Below are positions 1-11,359 of a stretch of 64,000 nucleotides of DNA, in pieces. The notes below the pieces were generated by a model that saw only the letters and a list, made by a program, of their open reading frames with translations, ran no database searches and was not told where the DNA came from. The stretch covers positions 317,904-381,903 of the forward strand of contig NW_003314289.1 in assembly GCF_000143415.4 (NCBI RefSeq), given 5' to 3'. Position 1 is the first letter of the stretch, and every line of letters starts with the position of its first letter. This DNA is from Selaginella moellendorffii (Eukaryota; Plantae; Lycopodiophyta). A program made the translations under genes and the position numbers.

Positions 1-528
1 ATAACAGCTCTTCAGAGGATCGGTATTGGAATACTAGCCTCGATACTGTCCATGGTTTCTGCGGCTCTGGTTGAAGCAAGGCGGATTGACACAGCCAGGA
101 AGTATGGTTTCCTGGATAAACCCAAGGCAGTGCTTCCAATTACCATCTTTTGGTTGATCCCGCAGTATTTTCTCCGAGGCACCACTGAAATCTTCACACA
201 AGTCGGCCAGCTTGAATTTTTCTACAAAGAGTCTCCACGGCATATGCGAAGTTTTGGGACTGCGCTCTACCTCAGTACTATAGCAGTCGGTCACTTTCTT
301 AGTACAGCGGTCGTCACTATCGTCAACCGAGTTACAAGCCATGGCGATCACCCTGGTTGGCTTACCAATAACCTCAACAGGAGTAAGTTGAGCAATTTCT
401 ACTGGCTTCTGGCTGCTATGAGCTCCGTCAACTTCCTGTTCTATCTTGCCTGTTCCAAGTGGTACAAGTACAAAGAGATTGGTAAATCGAGGCAGCCCCC
501 AGAAACATTGGTCCCGGAGTCCCTCTGA
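1..528 (+). CDS. NPF/PTR (NRT1/PTR) family transporter, 3' part (5' end outside window)
   Basis: Frame open from base 1: ITALQRIGIG...IFWLIPQYFL...GQLEFFYKESPRHMRSFGTALY...GWLTNNLNRSKLSNFYWLLA, typical C-terminal half of an NPF. Confidence 0.93.
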   Translation: MTALQRIGIGILASILSMVSAALVEARRIDTARKYGFLDKPKAVLPITIFWLIPQYFLRGTTEIFTQVGQLEFFYKESPRHMRSFGTALYLSTIAVGHFLSTAVVTIVNRVTSHGDHPGWLTNNLNRSKLSNFYWLLAAMSSVNFLFYLACSKWYKYKEIGKSRQPPETLVPESL

Positions 529-849
529 ACCAGGTTCACGATTTATTACAAATTTTCCTCCAAGTACCCAAGGAAAAATTAACACGGGATGACAGAGGCC
601 TTTGGTGCTCGATGGTTACTCTGGATTTCCTGTCGTCAATCGTGACACAGTAGCTTAGATATCATCATCACTGACAGTTTTTTAACACCGGCTTGCATAC
701 ATGGCATAAGAGCGACGCACTGCATGAATCACGTTGGCTGTCTTTTGGTTTTAGTGCCGACCAAATCAAGCTACAAAACGGAGCGGAGTGATTCGCATTG
801 AACATCATCAAAGCTATTCTTTCTGCTTCTTGTTCTTTCAATTGTGAAT

Positions 850-2355
850 ATGGATACACTCCCTGGCTGCGAGATCCTTGGCTCCGGTTATAATGTCCTG
901 AATGGCTACTATGCCGACGTGAAGAGCTGCCTCAGCAACCTCTTCAACTTTGGGGATGATTACCAAACCGTGGTGGTGGGTTCCAAGAGTTTCTCAATGC
1001 CCAAGCCCATCAGCTATCACTCAAGCATCGGCACCTCCGTACAATCCATTTCCGGTAATTCCATCCAGGAGTACAGCAGCAGCCTGAACTCCAAGACAAA
1101 GGTTGAAGGCAATTTCCCCTTCTTCTCTTCTTCCATTGAAGCTGACATAGGGGAAGCTTCTGCGAACAGCTTGCTAAATGCATTCAGTAAGGTACAATAC
1201 CGAGTCGATTTGTACACTCTTCAGCTTCCTCCCTACCATACCGAGTACTTACGCACCAATGCAAAGAAGGACATTGACACCATGAGCGATCTAACTGTGC
1301 TCTTTGATACTTACGGTACTCACTACCTCGCTGGGCTGATCATGGGTGGCACCGCAGTCTACACGTCGGTTACGGACAAGACCACCTACAGCTCAGAGTA
1401 CGACCTCAGCATCGTCGCACAAATGTCTTACAAGAGCGCGGTGAGCAGCATCAGCGCATCGGAGGAGCAACAGTACAAGGAAAGCATCAAGTCATTTCAG
1501 GAGTCAAGCCGAATCAGCCTCAACACGACTGGCGGAGACCCCGGTCTCGGGGGAGTACATTTTCCCGACCATGCAGACGATTGGAGCGCCAGTGTTATAA
1601 ACTACATAGCGTTCATCGACTTCCTTGGTGAACTAAGCCTGGTCGGGATCTGGAAGCTTGCTTCCACCCCAGAGCGAGCACAGGAGATTCTGGACTTCTA
1701 CCCCACGTACTGTGAGCAGAAGCAGAAGCATTATGGGAGCGATGGTCCAATGCTCCGTGCCAGGATAGTTCCACTTCTGAAACGGCAGTTCAACGACGAC
1801 GGCAGCGGTGCAAGCAAGGATCTCAGCGTCTGCATTCCAGACATTGGTGGTGGCTGGTATTACCTCGGCCAAGTTGCATTCCCTGGAGGAGACGCCAGGG
1901 GTAATACATTGGTGGTTCAAGAGATCTACCCAGGTTCAGGAGCGCTTGTTGAAGTACAGAAATGGGAGAAACTGTGGGATGATACAGGTTCACACAAGAG
2001 CAAGAACTTCAACCTCTGGCGTGGCCTTGCATTCGACCCGGTGGACTACGTTGTCTTGAGCGACTTCTTCCGGGGTGGTGTGGACAACCAGGACGCTCCC
2101 ACAAAGGGGGAGGCAGCTGGTATCAAGGCCGTCTCTGTGAGCTGCGTGGTACCTGCTAAGGTGGGCAGTATGATATGGAACGACATTGGCACACATGCCT
2201 CAAATGATGCGTCTGTTTGGAAGATTCTTCCTCCTGACCAGGGTGCCATAGACTCGAGCAAAATTGAGCCTTACTATGTTGCGGTAGGGAGTCACAGCCA
2301 GCCCAACCGTCCAGTGTACGTGCTCAAGAAATCGGCCGTCCTTCTTGAGGCCTAG
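850..2355 (+). CDS. MACPF (perforin-like) protein with C-terminal three-repeat Vps62/beta-tripod-like domain; intronless
   Basis: First ATG at 850. N-terminal LGSGYNV and the MACPF signature FDTYGTHYLAGLIMGG, followed by TTGGDP...W. The C-terminus has three repeats: FNDDGSG, WDDTGSH, WNDIGTH. Confidence 0.88.
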   Translation: MDTLPGCEILGSGYNVLNGYYADVKSCLSNLFNFGDDYQTVVVGSKSFSMPKPISYHSSIGTSVQSISGNSIQEYSSSLNSKTKVEGNFPFFSSSIEADIGEASANSLLNAFSKVQYRVDLYTLQLPPYHTEYLRTNAKKDIDTMSDLTVLFDTYGTHYLAGLIMGGTAVYTSVTDKTTYSSEYDLSIVAQMSYKSAVSSISASEEQQYKESIKSFQESSRISLNTTGGDPGLGGVHFPDHADDWSASVINYIAFIDFLGELSLVGIWKLASTPERAQEILDFYPTYCEQKQKHYGSDGPMLRARIVPLLKRQFNDDGSGASKDLSVCIPDIGGGWYYLGQVAFPGGDARGNTLVVQEIYPGSGALVEVQKWEKLWDDTGSHKSKNFNLWRGLAFDPVDYVVLSDFFRGGVDNQDAPTKGEAAGIKAVSVSCVVPAKVGSMIWNDIGTHASNDASVWKILPPDQGAIDSSKIEPYYVAVGSHSQPNRPVYVLKKSAVLLEA

Positions 2356-2529
2356 AGTCCACCTATCTAATGCCTGAATAATCGATATCTAATACCTGAA
2401 TAAGCGAAAGCATTTGCTAAAGATGTTAACCAATGAAATTGATATAGTGGCATCCCTCAGTAAAAAGTTAAATACGACTAGTTCAGTCGTAGTCAACGGT
2501 AGGCATAATCTTAACAATCTATTAGGGTT

Positions 2530-3850
2530 TATGGCTGACTCCACCTGTAAATCTCCGAAATCTCGCGGTTTTCCTTCTCCAATCTCTTGCACGCACAGCG
2601 AAGGAGCACGATTTGATGTCATCGTTGTTGGAGGCGGCCATGCCGGCTGAGAATGGGAGCTCGCACATTGCTCTCGATAGGCAGGTAAACAAAGAAATCT
2701 CGCGATTTTTATTTATCTTCTTTCTTGTTGCCAATTGTCTATCCTTCCTTGCAGGTGTTATTTGCAAAGGCGAGTGTTGAATCGTTCCAAAGGTCCTGCG
2801 GTGTGGGCTTTGCGTGCCCAAACCGACAAGAGGGAGCACGCTAGAGAGATGAAGAAGGTCGTGGAAACGTAAGCGTTTTCTTTTTCTTTCGATCTTTATA
2901 TGGGATTTATATTGTTCTTGGCTAACTTTCAGAACAGAGAATCTGTTTATCCGGGAGTCTATGGTGACTGAGGTGCTGGTTGGAAGAAACGACGATGTTG
3001 AAAGGGTCGGCACCTTCTTCGGCGTTAGTTTCTTTGCACCAGCGGTGGTTCTGACGACCAGGACCCTTATGAATGGAAAGATATGGGTTGGACGCAAATC
3101 CATGAGCACAGGGGGAGCGGGCGAGTCGGCATCGCAAGGACTTACGGAGAAGTTTTGGTTTTGAGATCGACAGGCTTAAAACGGGAACTCCCGCAAGGGT
3201 AGATGTTTGGACTGTGGATACAAGCAGATTGGAGTCCCAGCCTGGTGACGATGACGTTGAGAGAGACTAGCAGTGTTGCTACATTACACGGACGACGCCA
3301 GAGACTCACAAGCTCATCAAGGATAACTTGAAACTCCAACATATGGAGGATGGGTGGAATCGAAAGGCCGCAGATATTGCCCTTCCATCGAAGACAAGGT
3401 CAAATATTTATGGTATGAAAGCATGTAAATATTCTGATATTGCTTTGGATTCTAGATTGTCAGATGTAAAGACAAAGACAGCCACCAAATATTTTTAGAG
3501 CAACCTTTCCTGACTTAGCCATGCTGCGACCAGCATATGCCGTGGAGTATGAATATTTGCCTGAATGACAAAGAAGATAGAGGGTTTATATTTCAGTGGA
3601 CAGATAATTGGAACAACTGGATATGAAGAAGCTGCTGCTCAGGTATAGGTGGTGTTCGGGCTGTCGATAAAAATGTGTTGATTACAATGCAGGGTTTTGT
3701 AGCAGGTGTTAATTCTACAAGATATTTCTGTAAGAAAAATTCTTTTGTCCCGGAAAGGGAGACGCTCATATATAGGAGCACTAATAGACGACCTGGCAAC
3801 GTAGAACTGAGAGAGCCACACTTAACTTGCCTTTTTTTAATGCTTTTCAG
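2530..3850 (+). pseudogene. Decayed, intron-retaining partial duplicate of the neighbouring GidA/MnmG gene
   Basis: Near-identical blocks to 5349-7250 ([60 protein letters not shown]), with many internal deletions, frameshifts and stops. Confidence 0.9.
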
Positions 3851-5348
3851 ATGCAGCCGTTCAACAATAGCAAATATCCTTTTAATGTCCATTGAAATGG
3901 TGATAATTCTGCACCTACTTGTACACATGTTGCTCTTCATATTCTCATGTTTTAGCAGGGTGATTGATGACGAGATCTGCTGGCAGTGGCTTTATAATAT
4001 AATATGCCTTATAATGGCAGCAAGGCCAATGTTTCTTAGAATGCTATCTCTTATTTGGTGATCGATTGGTCACCATCTTAGAGTATGGTGTTGTATTAGT
4101 CTATAACCATATTCTCTCTACCAGCTTTCATGTGGATTGAACTGAAAATTAAATATTTTATATTGGTGGAATCTTTCTGCAACGAACAAATTTTCAAATA
4201 TTGGTCGGTCATGCCACATTGGATGGGCATGGATGGGCTGCATGGACCAATCCAACCGTTCATGCCGCAAGCACGGTGGCGAGGGCTGGCTAGATAGTAG
4301 GGGATTGTGGGTGGGAAGGGATGAAGAGGGTGTGGGTAAATTGGTGGAAGTAGTTCTTCAGAGATTTTGTGCTCACACACTTCAGCTTCTCCTAAGATTT
4401 TTCTTCTCGTTCAGGACATTGCTTCAATGGAGGAAGCGCAACAAATAAAAGTACGCCGTCTACCAAAAAAGAGAGGCTCTAAGGTTCGCCCTGGAAAGCT
4501 ATTGAGTGGCATACAATCAAAAGCTTGGCAGAGATTATTTACCCTGTGTGGTAAATTTCCTAGGAATTTTTCTGGGATGTCACAGCCCTGGTGGGGGCTT
4601 TGGTTCTCATGCTGAAATAAGAATTTTCCAATGTCATAGGTTTGAAAAGAGGATCTGCAAGATGGCGTTTCTGCTTCATATCAGCGGGATATGCTGGAAG
4701 AATCCAGCCCCAAACACCGGGTCCACTTTGTAGTGCTGGAGGAACATCAGATGTCAAGAACATTATAAAGCTTGAAAGTGGAATTTTTCAGAGTTATAAA
4801 TGTTGGCAGGGGAATCAGACACTTTAGTCATGAATTCGTTTCAAGATGATCAAAGTTCTTACGGTAAAGGAGTGATTGAGGTTCCAGATGTTGCATCAAG
4901 CTGTTAGATGCATCATTGTTGAAGCTGAGTGCTCCAGTGAGACTACCTATCGCTCATGATTTGATTTGCCTTTAGGCATCCATATTCCTGCCTTTATACT
5001 TTCGTTTCATTTGTAATATTATTGTGAGCAAGCAGGACAAATGGCCCAAGTTCGTCTCCCTGGCTAATAGAACTCCATACTGTCAAGTTCTCCCTTCTCC
5101 TGGGAAGTAAACCATACTATCACCATGAAGGCGAAAGGCAGTGTTATAGCATGGCACACTCCAGGAGACAGTCAAGAACCAAAAGGTGGCCAATGATCTC
5201 ACTGTGGAACTTTGGGCGACTTCTTTTCTTTCATGGTTTTGTGTTGTTTTATAGATCGTGTGAGCCATTTGATTCTAGAGCCTGTTATTCAGGATCAGAG
5301 GCAGGACAAATTTTAGATTAAAGGGCGCCCCTTAAAGTGCTAGGGTTT

Positions 5349-8018
5349 ATGGCTACGCTACTCGTTCCATGGACACCACGCAATGTCCGGCCCGGCGTCC
5401 CTTGGAGCGATGCCAGGCTTTGTGGGAAGCGAAGATCTTCGCTACTGTGCTGCAATGCCAGTGGTAAATCTCCGAAATTTCGCGATTTTCCTTGTCCAAT
5501 CTCTGGCACGCACAGGGAAGGAGCACAGCTTCGATGTCATCGTTGTTGGAGGCGGCCATGCCGGCTGCGAAGCGGCCCTAGCAGCGGCGAGAATGGGGGC
5601 TCGCACATTGATGCTCACACTCAATCTCGATCGAATAGCTTGGCAGGTAGACACAGAAATCTCTCATTTGCATGTAGAAATCTCTCTTGTTAGCCTTGCA
5701 ATCCTGCTGTTGGTGGCCCGGCGAAATCGCAACTGGTGCACGAAGTGGATGCTCTTGGCGGAGAGATTGGAAAGATCACCGATAAGTATAAGCGATTTTT
5801 CTTATATTCTTTCTTGGTGCCGATTGTTTATCCTTCCTTGCAGGTGTTATTTGCAAAAGCGAGTGTTGAATCGTTCCAAAGGTCCTGCGGTGTGGGCTTT
5901 GCGTGCTCAAACCGACAAGAGGGAGTACGCTAGAGAGATGAAGAAGGTCGTGGAAACGTAAGCGTTTTCTTTTTCTTTCGAACTTTCTCTATGGGATTTA
6001 TATTGTTCTTGGCTAACTTTCAGAACAGAGAATCTGTTTATCCGGGAGTCTATGGTGACTGAGGTGCTGGTTGGAAGAAATGACAATGTTGAAGGGGTCG
6101 GCACCTTCTTCGGCGTTAGTTTCTTTGCACCGGCGGTGGTTCTGACGACCGGGACGTTTATGAATGGAAAGATATGGGTTGGACGCAAATCCATGAGCGC
6201 AGGGAGAGCGGGCGAGTCGGCATCGCAAGGACTTACGGAGAACCTTCAGAGTTTTGGTTTTGAGACCGACAGGCTTAAAACGGGAACTCCCGCAAGGGTA
6301 GATGTTCGGACTGTGGATACAAGCAGATTGGAGTCGCAGCCTGGTGACGACGAGGTAAGAATGCTTGTTTTTCCCGTTTTGTTGCAACGTGTTATTGATA
6401 CTAGGTGAGGTGGTTTAGCTTTGATCCAGCCGCACACGTTGAGAGAGCCCAGCAGTGTTGCTACATTACACGGACGACGCCAGAGACTCACAGGCTCATT
6501 AACGAAAATTTACTTGAAACTCCAACATATGGAGGATGGGTGGAATCGAAAGGCCCCAGATATTGCCCTTCCATCGAAGACAAGGTAAAATGTTTATGGT
6601 ATGAAAGCATATAAATATTCTGATATTGCTTTGAATTCTAGATTGTCAGATTTAAAGACAAAGACAGCCACCAAATATTTCTAGAACCGGAAGGAAGAAG
6701 TGTTCCCGAGCTTTATGTCCAGGTTGGAAGATAAGAAAGATGTAGTTTTCTGACATATATTGCTTGAAACCAGGGATTTTCGACTGGATTACCGGAGAGA
6801 TTGCAGCTAGCTTTACTGCAAACCTTACCTGGCTTAGAACACTGTGCCATGCTGCGACCAGCATATGCCGTGGAGTATGATTATTTGCCTGCAAACCAGT
6901 GCTATCCGACGCTAATGACAAAGAAGCTAGAGGGTTTATATTTCAGTGGACAGATAAATGGAACAACTGGATATGAAGAAGCTGCTGCTCAGGTACAGGT
7001 GGTGTTCTGGCTGGATATATAAAAATGTGTTGATTACAATGCAGGGTTTCGTAGCAGGTGTTAATGCTGCAAGATATTGCTGCAAGAAGGATTCTTTTGT
7101 TCTGGAACGGGAGAGCTCATATATAGGAACACTAATAGACGACCTGGTAACAAAGAACTTAAGAGAGCCATATCGCATGTTAACAAGGCAAGTATGTTTT
7201 TTTTTCACTTAACTTGCTTTTAATGCATTTCAAATGCAGCCGTTCAGAACATCGTCTGCTACTTCGGGCAGATAATGCAGATAGTCGTCTTACTCCGGTG
7301 GGGAGAGACCTCGGCTTAATCGATGACAGACGGTGGTCTCTTTACCAGGAGAAACAGTCTCGTATTTCTGACGACAAAAAACGTCTACAGACCACTCGAT
7401 ACTGTAAGGACGTTCTTGTTTGCATTTCTTTCTTGTTGTAACAGAACCACTATATGCAGGTTCCGAGAAAATGAACGCAGAGGTTCTGCAGTTATCCGGG
7501 CAACCTGTTGATGGTCCAGTTTTGCTAAACATGCTCTTGAAGAGGCCTCATGTCCATTATGAGCTACTGGATAAACATGGCGCTGGAAATCCTTTGCTAT
7601 CACGGGAAGAGAAGGAATGCGTGGAGATTGATATCAAGTACGAGGGCCTCATAGCTCGTCAAACGATACAGCTTAAACAGGTCATTCTGGTTTTTACCTT
7701 TGGTCAACTTCTTCCCTGACTATTTCTTACTACAGATGGCATTAAAGCTGCATAAAGAAATTCCTGATAGTGTTGATTATACCTCAGTCGCGACGTTGTC
7801 AAAAGAAGCAAGAGAGAAATTGACACAAGTGAGTCGCTCCAAACCAACTGTGTGCTTATGTGACACTGTCAAATTTCATGCAGATACGACCTCGAAATAT
7901 TGGACAGGCTTCACGAATTGGTGGAGTAAGGCCATCAGACATATCGTCCTTGCTTGTTCACTTGGACGTGCTGAAACGTGTAGAAGAAACAGTTGCTCAA
8001 TCAAAGCCACGAGCTTGA
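5349..8018 (+). CDS. gidA: tRNA uridine 5-carboxymethylaminomethyl modification enzyme GidA/MnmG, cyanobacterial/plastid type, multi-exon; start ambiguous (ATG 5349 or 5383)
   Basis: Spliced exons give [18 protein letters not shown]|[93 protein letters not shown] and [20 protein letters not shown]. Stop at 8016-8018. Introns are ~47-65 bp and include a GC-AG intron at 7188-7239. Confidence 0.93.
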
Positions 8019-8229
8019 TCTCTCTTCGGGTACGTGTGAATATTTTTCACACATTGGGACCCAGGCATTCATTTGTCGGTGGATTTGTCTTACTACAATT
8101 CTTCATCAAGAAGTTCCTTTTGCTGCTAAAGGTTTGTCTCTAAATGTCAGTTGATCTGTTTTTTAATGTTTTAATATCATCTCAGCTCTCATTTTCGTTT
8201 TCGAAGATGCCATTTGTTGCTGGGAGGCG

Positions 8230-11200
8230 ATGTCTTTCGATAACACTTCCATCTTGCCGGCAGTCATCGCAGAACCTATCAACGAAGGCTTCAAAGCTCT
8301 CTTCTATGCGTTCTCCAAGTTCTGGTATTTCCAAAGCGAGTCCAGGGAGGTAATTAACGAGTACACTGTTTACAATCGTGTACAGGCACGCATTGAACTC
8401 CTCAATGACCAAAAGTCGGACGAATATCAGGCGCTCAAGCTCTTCAGCAACTATTTCAATGACATGGAGCGGCATTTTGAAAATCGCCGCTCAGCTCATC
8501 CCAGGTACGATGTGTTTCTCTTACCGCCTGAACCTTGTTGTTTGTTTAGATACATCATGGACACTTTTCGTTTCTACGACGCCAAGTCTAAGGTCGAGAG
8601 GTTCCTGCCGATTATAAATGCTCAGCTGGCACTTGAGCAGCAACGGGAACAGCAGCCTTCAGCTTTGACACTCGCGAGAGATATCCAGGCATCAGATTCT
8701 CATGTGACTCAACCAAGCTCTTCTTCCGAGATAGACTACCGCTGCCAGCCACCAAGTCTTTCTCAGGGTTTAATCGTTGGTAGAGATGGCGACTTTACGA
8801 GGCTCAAGTCCCTGCTGTTAGACATGGGAGGCTCTGAAAGGATTTGTGTTTTTGGCCAGGCCGGCGTAGGAAAAACTCTACTTCTCACTCAGTTGTGTCA
8901 AGACACGAAGGTGAGGGGCCACTTTGCTGGGATCGAGTTTGACAACAGAGAGCCTCTAGAGATGCTGATAACTTTGCAAGCAGACATTCTGTCTCGATTG
9001 ACTGGTAGTGACCGGAGGGTGGGGTCTGTTGGAAACGGGCGACGAGAAATTTTCAACATCATAGCTAGGAGCACACTGAAGAGGTACCTGCTAGTTCTGG
9101 ACAACGTGTGGAAGCAAAACTGGCTACACATTTGACGGAGGAGATAGGGAGGGGAAACAAGGTGGTAGCCATCACAAGGAACGCAGATATATTGCTGGAC
9201 GATCACAGGTGGACGGGTGTGACGGTTGGCTCTTTGTCATACGACGATTGCTACAAGCTCTTCTGTGTGCATGCCTTTGGAGAAGACGAGATTTGATGCC
9301 GAGCTCGTGAAGAAAATGGTTTGGCAGTGCAGTGGAGTTCCTAATGCGGTAGAGGTGGTGACCAAGTATGCGAGACGAAACAAGCACGGCAGCTGATTGC
9401 ACGTTTACGAGAAGATGGCTAGGTGGGAACTTAATGACGAGTGGAATGGCGCATTCCAAGTTTTGCAGCTGAGCTTATGGACATGGGGAACGAAGACGCG
9501 CAGCTTCTTTTCTTGTCCTTCATCATGATGCGTTACTCGTCAACGATCGACATGTTTCACTTCTGCGGGCTTGTCTACGGTCAACATCACCTTAGGACTA
9601 TCCGCCTGGATTTTCTCTCGACAGACTTCTGGAGCTTGGTGGATATGTGATGTTCGCTTGTGGGAACATCTCAGGAGCTTGACAAGGCTAGAGTCGCGCT
9701 CTGTGATCCGGGACAACAGATGCAAACAGGAAGGTGCTGCTGTGGACCTCAGCTTTGTAGGAAGGATGATGACACCCGCCAAGTGAAGAACTTTCGGCAT
9801 GTTCGGAGCTTACTACTGCTGAAAGTGCTACGACTTCGTCCATGCGAAGGTGATATATGGACGGACTGGGATTGCGGCCACGTCAAAGAAAGTTTGGAAG
9901 TGTTTGATCTTATCCTGGTAGACACACGAGAATTCAGCAGTGATGCCGACGAGTCTCTCAGTGGTTCCAGAATGCTACGGGTGCTACCCCTGAGAAGTCT
10001 TCGAGTGACAAGGCTGCCATCGTCTGCGCGACTTCCCGAGTCTCACGCGCCTGCAAATGCCACGAGATGGCTTCCACGCGGCTTTGAAGAGCTTACGAGC
10101 TTGAAGGTGCTGGAACTAGACGGGTGTGGAGTGCTAGACGAAGTTCCACGACTGGGCAGGCTTTGCGATCTCCGGGGGCTAGAACTCACGGGCTGTCCCA
10201 CAATGGAGCGCATCCTAGAAACCATGACTTCACAATAATCACAACAAGGAGGCGGCGACCAGGAACTTAAAATATCGGACTGCCGGGACTTTGCTCGCTT
10301 CCAGACCAAAGTTGACGAGTTACAGGTATGTTCTCTGAGCTTTCTATATCCGGTTGTGGAATCGAACCGACTTGGGAGTCTGCCGCTGAACAGATTATAC
10401 ATTTCAGGGTGTGAAAAGCTGCGCAGCATTTCAGAGAGCATTCCTACGCTCGAAAGTTTCTCGCTGGACAGGCTGCCACTTTTGCTGGAGATTGGAGGAA
10501 CATCCTGGGCGAAGCTGAAAAAGCTGCACGTCTCAAGCTGCGAGAAGCTACACAAACTTTCGTCTCCCTCGACATGAAAAGCTCTCGCTAAAAGGCTTGC
10601 CATCTTTGCTGGGGATGGACGTGCTCGAGAAGCTGGGGGCCTCAGGTTGGAGGAGATGGCAAATCTCTCCTCGAGGGTGATGAAAAAACTGAGTATTTCG
10701 GAGTGTGACAAGCTGCACAAGATTCCAGCTATTTCTCCTGGGGAGATTGGAGACATGTCTACGGTGGAAAAGCTTGAGATGGTGGTCATATCCGGTTGCC
10801 AGAGGCTACTCAGTGTTCCAGCGAAGTTCACGTCTTCCCAGCTTGTGCTCAAGAACTTACCATCCTTGGTGGAGATTGGCGACGAAAGTTTCGGCGATAT
10901 CCAGAAGGTTAGCATCTCACACTGCGAGAAGCTTCCCAGAGTTCCTCTTATTCCAGGCTCCGGCTGAGCAACTTACCATCGCTGCTCGAGATTGCCGAGA
11001 GTTCGCCGGTGGCAATGCATGTCTCGTATTGCGAGAAGTTGCCACGAGTTCCTCCCATGCGGGGGATCCAGCGGCTTTTCCTGATGGATCTACCATCTTT
11101 GGTCGAGATTGGCGAAGGTTGTATGGCCACGCTCGATCGGCTGGAGGTTTCAGGTTGCAAGAAGCTGGACAAACGTCCTTACGCTGGTCTTCTTCTACTT

Positions 11201-11359
11201 TCATCACGGAACGATATCCAAATGATGATGAAGAGCGATAAAAAAACACGGAAGATCTTTAGCACGAGATTACAGATTGCAAATGTTTATGCGTTTTGCA
11301 GCAAGCACGAAGGAGCAAAAGTCAGCAAGTTAGGCTCCACTATAAAATCATGGGCGTAA
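8230..11359 (+). pseudogene. NB-ARC-LRR (NLR) immune receptor pseudogene with helical N-terminal domain
   Basis: P-loop GQAGVGKT, kinase-2 YLLVLDNVW, RNBS-B GNKVVAITRN, RNBS-C LSYDDCYKLFCVHAF, GLPL-like CSGVPNAV and many LxxLxLxxCxxL LRRs. Spread over several frames with stops (~9130, ~9295, ~10238, ~10577, ~10967). Confidence 0.88.

Noticed and set aside
3850-5300. Short ORFs between the two gidA copies
   Set aside because: Possibly decayed coding sequence, but no recognisable motif or consistent exon structure.
10043-10915. 290-aa minus-strand ORF
   Set aside because: Antisense shadow of the LRR region of the NLR pseudogene.
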